Positions 59,719 through 64,000 of a DNA stretch of 64,000 bases are shown here, piece after piece; position 1 is the first letter of the stretch, and each line of letters opens with the position of its first letter. Origin of the DNA: Nemertoderma westbladi (lineage: Eukaryota > Animalia > Xenacoelomorpha); contig JAUCBJ010008167.1 in assembly GCA_032718475.1 (NCBI GenBank), forward strand, positions 3,730-67,729, given 5' to 3'. The notes beneath the pieces are model-generated. The model was given only the letters and a program-made list of their open reading frames with translations, was not told the origin of the DNA and searched no databases. The position numbers and the translations under genes were made by a program.

Positions 59719-60560
59719 TGTTAATTCTCTTCATACAGTCATATAAAACATACATTTAAAATAATAATAGGTAGCAACATTAAGAAGTGTACAGAATACA
59801 TGCAGACTGACTAACATTGTCAACTGTCCAACAGCAGAAGAGGCACTTCCGGTGCATAATTACGGCAGCAACTTACAGATAACTGCTTACGTCATGGTAC
59901 TAGTAGTTGGTATACAGTATTACACGATTAAAGTTATACATACAGTATAAATTTTACGACACACTCCCGCCACTAAGTTGACAATGGCATAACATTTACT
60001 TGTTACAATGTAAACTAATTAACAATATTTCACCAAAATAAAGCATATAAAAAATAATATCACCATATAACGTATAATATATTTGATATTACAGATAAAC
60101 AACAACAAAAAATAATCCCAAATTAAATTTTCAAAATAATTTTATTCTTGTTAATTTTATATTTTATCTCAATCACTTTCGGTTTCGCTCTCATCATCGT
60201 AATATTTGGTAATACATTCTTTCGCACGAATCGCACTTTCACGTTTACTTACTATAGGTTTACTTTCAGTTTCATTTACTTGTATTTCTGTCGATATTGG
60301 ACGAGTAATGATATCTTTGATATCCTTCATCTTACACTCTAAAGGATAAAGTCTCTTAATGGGACGTTTCGAATAACCTGTTCCAGTTTTCACGGTGACG
60401 CAATCACCGTGATTTGCCATGGTGAATTGCGGTTATAAGTCCAAGAGGCCATTGCATACGTGTTACGTTGCCTTTAATTGGCTTAATGATGACAACCTAT
60501 CCAATGTTAGGGATAACCTGATTCTTATTTGTAGACCAACGATGATATTCGCGACTTTTG
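59719..60560 (-). mobile_element. 3' remnant of a canonical BEL/Pao element: integrase C-terminus, PPT and ~245-bp LTR
   Basis: Motifs QWPLGLI and VTVKTGTGYSKRPIKRLYPLE. PPT GGCGGGAG followed by TG at 59963; ends ...AATTAACA at 59719. Confidence 0.7.
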
Positions 60561-61588
60561 ATTGTGTGTTAGCTAGTATTATTTATTAGCTAGTAAAAAA
60601 ATATTTAAGATATAATTTAATTTTCAATCTCAATATTTGCATAGAATAATTGATGAGTCTCATGGTATCTAGTAATTTATATTTCATAGTCAAAGTAGGC
60701 CTAGCTATTAATTATTCACTAAAGGTAGCTAGCTAGTTTTTTATACAAAATTTAGGCAGATGCAAAATACAGTTTTTACTATTCAGAAATATAAAAATAT
60801 ATACATTTTTATTATACTCAGTCAGAACAATACCTATACTTAACGTGTTTAATACTATTATTTTCTTGATCTTTTCCAGGGCATACAAAAAAATTTATAG
60901 ATTTATTTATCTTCTTATTAGTCATTTCGAGAATATATTGATGATATTAAAATTGTCCAAATAAAAGGGGCGCTACAAAATTTCTTTTGTAATTTTAAGA
61001 TCACTAGCTACCTTTAAAAACACTAGCTACCATAATAAAAAATAGTAGCTAACCTCTCTCAGAAGGTGAAATGTATGTTAGAACAAGAAACATCATGATA
61101 AATATCCATTAACGTGGTCCACAATTGTATTTTATAATTTTAAGTTCACTAAAAAATAATAGGTAACCTCTCTCGGAAGGTGAAATTTACGTTCTAGAAC
61201 ACAAAACATCATGATAATGATATTAACATGGTCAAAAATTGATCATAAATTAGGTACCAAAAATTTGGTGTTTTAATTTAAAAAACAGTACTGCAGCTAC
61301 CTAAAAAAAACACTAGCTTCCATAAAAAAAAAACACTAGCTAACGTCTCATAGAAGATGACATTTACATTCTAAAATAAAAAACCTCATGATAATAGCCA
61401 TTAAAATTGTAAAATAAATGGTCAAAATGTGGGTATCCATAACATACATAGTAGTGCATAGGATTACCCCTCCTAAAGCTTTGAAACTTATTTCCATAGG
61501 GGTCCTTTATGTTACTTGGTTACAAATACAGTACACAATGTGAAAAGTCACTATTTTTTGTATATCATATTGTGTAAGTCGTATATAT

Positions 61589-62099
61589 TTTATTCTTAAA
61601 TTGTTACTTTTCCGCTCGAATATAACACAAAATCGGGAGAAAAAGTTTCACATTTTTTCCCTAGGGAAAAAAGTAAAGTAAAATATTTTTGTGGAATTTG
61701 TAAAATTTTATTACATATATTGAAAGAGCATCGACGTAGAAAAGGTTTGGAAGTAATTTGAACAAAATCCATTGACACACTCAAAAGTTATTGCAACTTT
61801 AATAATGTCTGCAAGGCGAACTCCAAAACGGAACTCAGTATCCAATATTGGTTTATGTTGTTAAGCGGCTCTCTAGTTACGTAATAATTATTCGGGAATA
61901 CTAAATTATTTTAACATTGAGTAAGGCAACATCGAGAGTTGAAAAGTACAGTAATTTGAATTGCAGTAACTATGGAAGCAATATAGTAAAATACTGCAGT
62001 TCAATTTAACTTATTTTGTAACACTGCTGTACTGTACTGTAGTATATTGCTGTCTTATTAAAGAATTTAGCAACAAAAAAGTAACAATTTAAGAATAAA
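61589..62099. mobile_element. MITE-like element with ~23-bp terminal inverted repeats
   Basis: TTTATTCTTAAATTGTTACTTTT ... AAAAGTAACAATTTAAGAATAAA. Confidence 0.5.
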
Positions 62100-62115
62100 T
62101 GACGTATTACATGGG

Positions 62116-62234
62116 AAAAAAACGTAGAACATTTTTTTTCAAAATTCTCTCAACCATTTATTAACCTCGCTGATTTTGTAATTTTTTAATAAATGGTTGA
62201 GAGAATTTTGAAAAAAAATGTTCTACGTTTTTTT
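62116..62234. repeat. ~49-bp perfect inverted repeat (foldback)
   Basis: AAAAAAACGTAGAACATTTTTTTTCAAAATTCTCTCAACCATTTATTAA and its reverse complement, separated by about 21 bp. Confidence 0.85.
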
Positions 62235-62327
62235 AAATAAAATTTTTGTAAATAAAATGCCTCGAAAATAAGGATAAAAAGTTCTACTTTTTTCTCATGT
62301 AATAAATAATTATTTGTCTCTATTTAT

Positions 62328-63750
62328 AGGCCTATGTCATATTGTACTTTTATCTTATACGGATAAAAAATTCTGACAAAAAAATAGTACTTCCTTTTTG
62401 AATAGAAATAGTTATTATTATTTGGTATCAATTAATAATCTAGAAGTCCATGGACAATGATATGTAGCACTCTAATTAATTGGGCACTCCCAGGCAAAAG
62501 GGTCCCTACTTCGCCCTGAAGACACCCCTTACAATTTTTTTCTACCAGTCCTTTTCTAGTGTTTTCAAATTTTTTTTTTTTTTTATTTCTAGATAAATGT
62601 ATATTGGGCTATAAATTTAACTACATACGAATATAATTATTCACTAATAACTAACTATTCCATAAATTCAACTACCTAATCTACTAGTTCTAGAAATAAC
62701 GGCTGATTGAATAGAGTTTGTAAAGGTTTCATCTAGTATTCCTCCTCTCCTTCCTCTCCTTCTTCTTTTTCTTGTGTTTTCAATACTTTTTTGGTATTGG
62801 TGAATGTTCTGTGTTTTGCAAACAGTACTGTGTTTTGGGCATAACCTCTACCAAATTTTCTAAATCTAGCTAGATTTTGATACTTTTTTTAAAATGTTCC
62901 ATAACATAATGTCTAAATAAAATACTTTTGTTCTATTATAAATAAATAATTTATCTAATAATCTATAATAAATGTCTAATAAATTACTTTAAAAATTTTG
63001 TTATATAATAAATAAATTGTTGTTCTAGAACATTTCATAAAAAATCAAGCCTATTTGTTAATTTTTTAACTTTTAATTTTCATTATTTTTTATGTTATCT
63101 TTGTTTCCATAAAGAATAGTCAATCAGTTTTGCTAGCTATTCTAATCGAAAACACTATTTATAGAACATTATATTTTCTGTGCATAAAACAAAAATATTT
63201 CATGTTAATTTATAACACATAGCCAATATTATTCATTAAATTGTATTTATTAAATATAAATACTCAACATAAAATATTTTAACTAGCTAATAAAAACTAC
63301 TAGCGAATAATTATAATCACTAGCTACCATGATAATTTGTATTTGTTAGGAATTGTTCTTAACGCTAATCAAATAAAGGCTATAGTTCCGTCCGTATGTG
63401 CCAACATTTTCAGTTTGCTCTAAAATAAATAAAAAAACATCTAAATCTAAATAAAAAAAACAGCAAAAAAACATCTTTTTTTAAATGTTCTACAACTAAA
63501 GATATTTGTTCTAGAACATTCTTTTAAAAAAATAAATACTATTTGTTCTAGAACATGTTTAAAAAAATAACAAAAAATAGCTAGGAAAACAACAAAAAAC
63601 CTAATTAATTTAAAATGTTCTAGAACAACAATGCCCTAAACACAGTAGTACCATATGTTCTATAACATTATTAGATAGATATGTATTTCATGGTAAATGG
63701 TGTTTTTTTACTAGCTTGTAAAGGATTTCTCGCTCCTAAACGGCTTTTAA
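62328..63750 (+). repeat. Paralogue of 46800-48420
   Basis: Colinear sequence ending at a TTAA into which a MITE inserted. Confidence 0.85.
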
Positions 63751-64000
63751 CCCTATTAGTACCGGGCTATAAAATGTTGTACAAATACCGGGAGGGGGTC
63801 ATATTGACCCCCCCCTCTAAAATCTACAAATATTTACGAAAACGTCTGATTTTTTGTTTGTACGTAGGTATCACTTGTCTGGATCCGACCGAAAAAAAAA
63901 ATTTTCGAAAAAATGTACTGGGGTGGTTATATTGCAGCACCAAAATTATAAGTAGTGCACAATTTTCACAAAATTTGAAAGTTATATTTTCGGCTAATTA
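63751..64000 (-). mobile_element. piggyBac-like MITE (same family as 50198-51618), truncated by the window end
   Basis: TTAA|CCCTATTAGTACCGGGCTAT is the reverse complement of the 51618 end. The empty site is at about 48417-48420. Confidence 0.85.

Overview
AT-rich, repeat-dense eukaryotic (invertebrate-like) DNA with no prokaryotic organisation. The main feature is a recent 18.8-kb BEL/Pao LTR retrotransposon on the minus strand (6126-24950). It has 1913-bp LTRs that are about 99.4% identical by eye, a GGTAG target-site duplication, and the order gag-PR-RT-RNaseH-IN. It is unusual in several ways. (i) In the env position it carries a large accessory ORF with a WRN/EXD/MUT-7-like DEDDy 3'-5' exonuclease domain followed by three CCHC-type zinc knuckles. 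Diverged homologues of both halves occur in two other LTR-element relics in this window (527-1198 and 42473-43419). (ii) Its LTRs end TA...TA. (iii) It has no tRNA PBS; the 12 nt abutting the 5' LTR are exactly complementary to a site inside the LTR, suggesting Tf1-like self-priming. (iv) Each LTR contains a tRNA-like Pol III unit. (v) A 17-nt near-palindrome recurs 11 times along the element. The rest of the window holds a solo LTR of the same family, other LTR relics, RTE LINE fragments, tRNA-derived SINEs, TTAA piggyBac-like MITEs, minisatellites, local duplications and two intronless candidate host genes (a Ly6/uPAR-like surface protein and an LRR protein). All assignments come from reading motifs by eye; no database searches were run.
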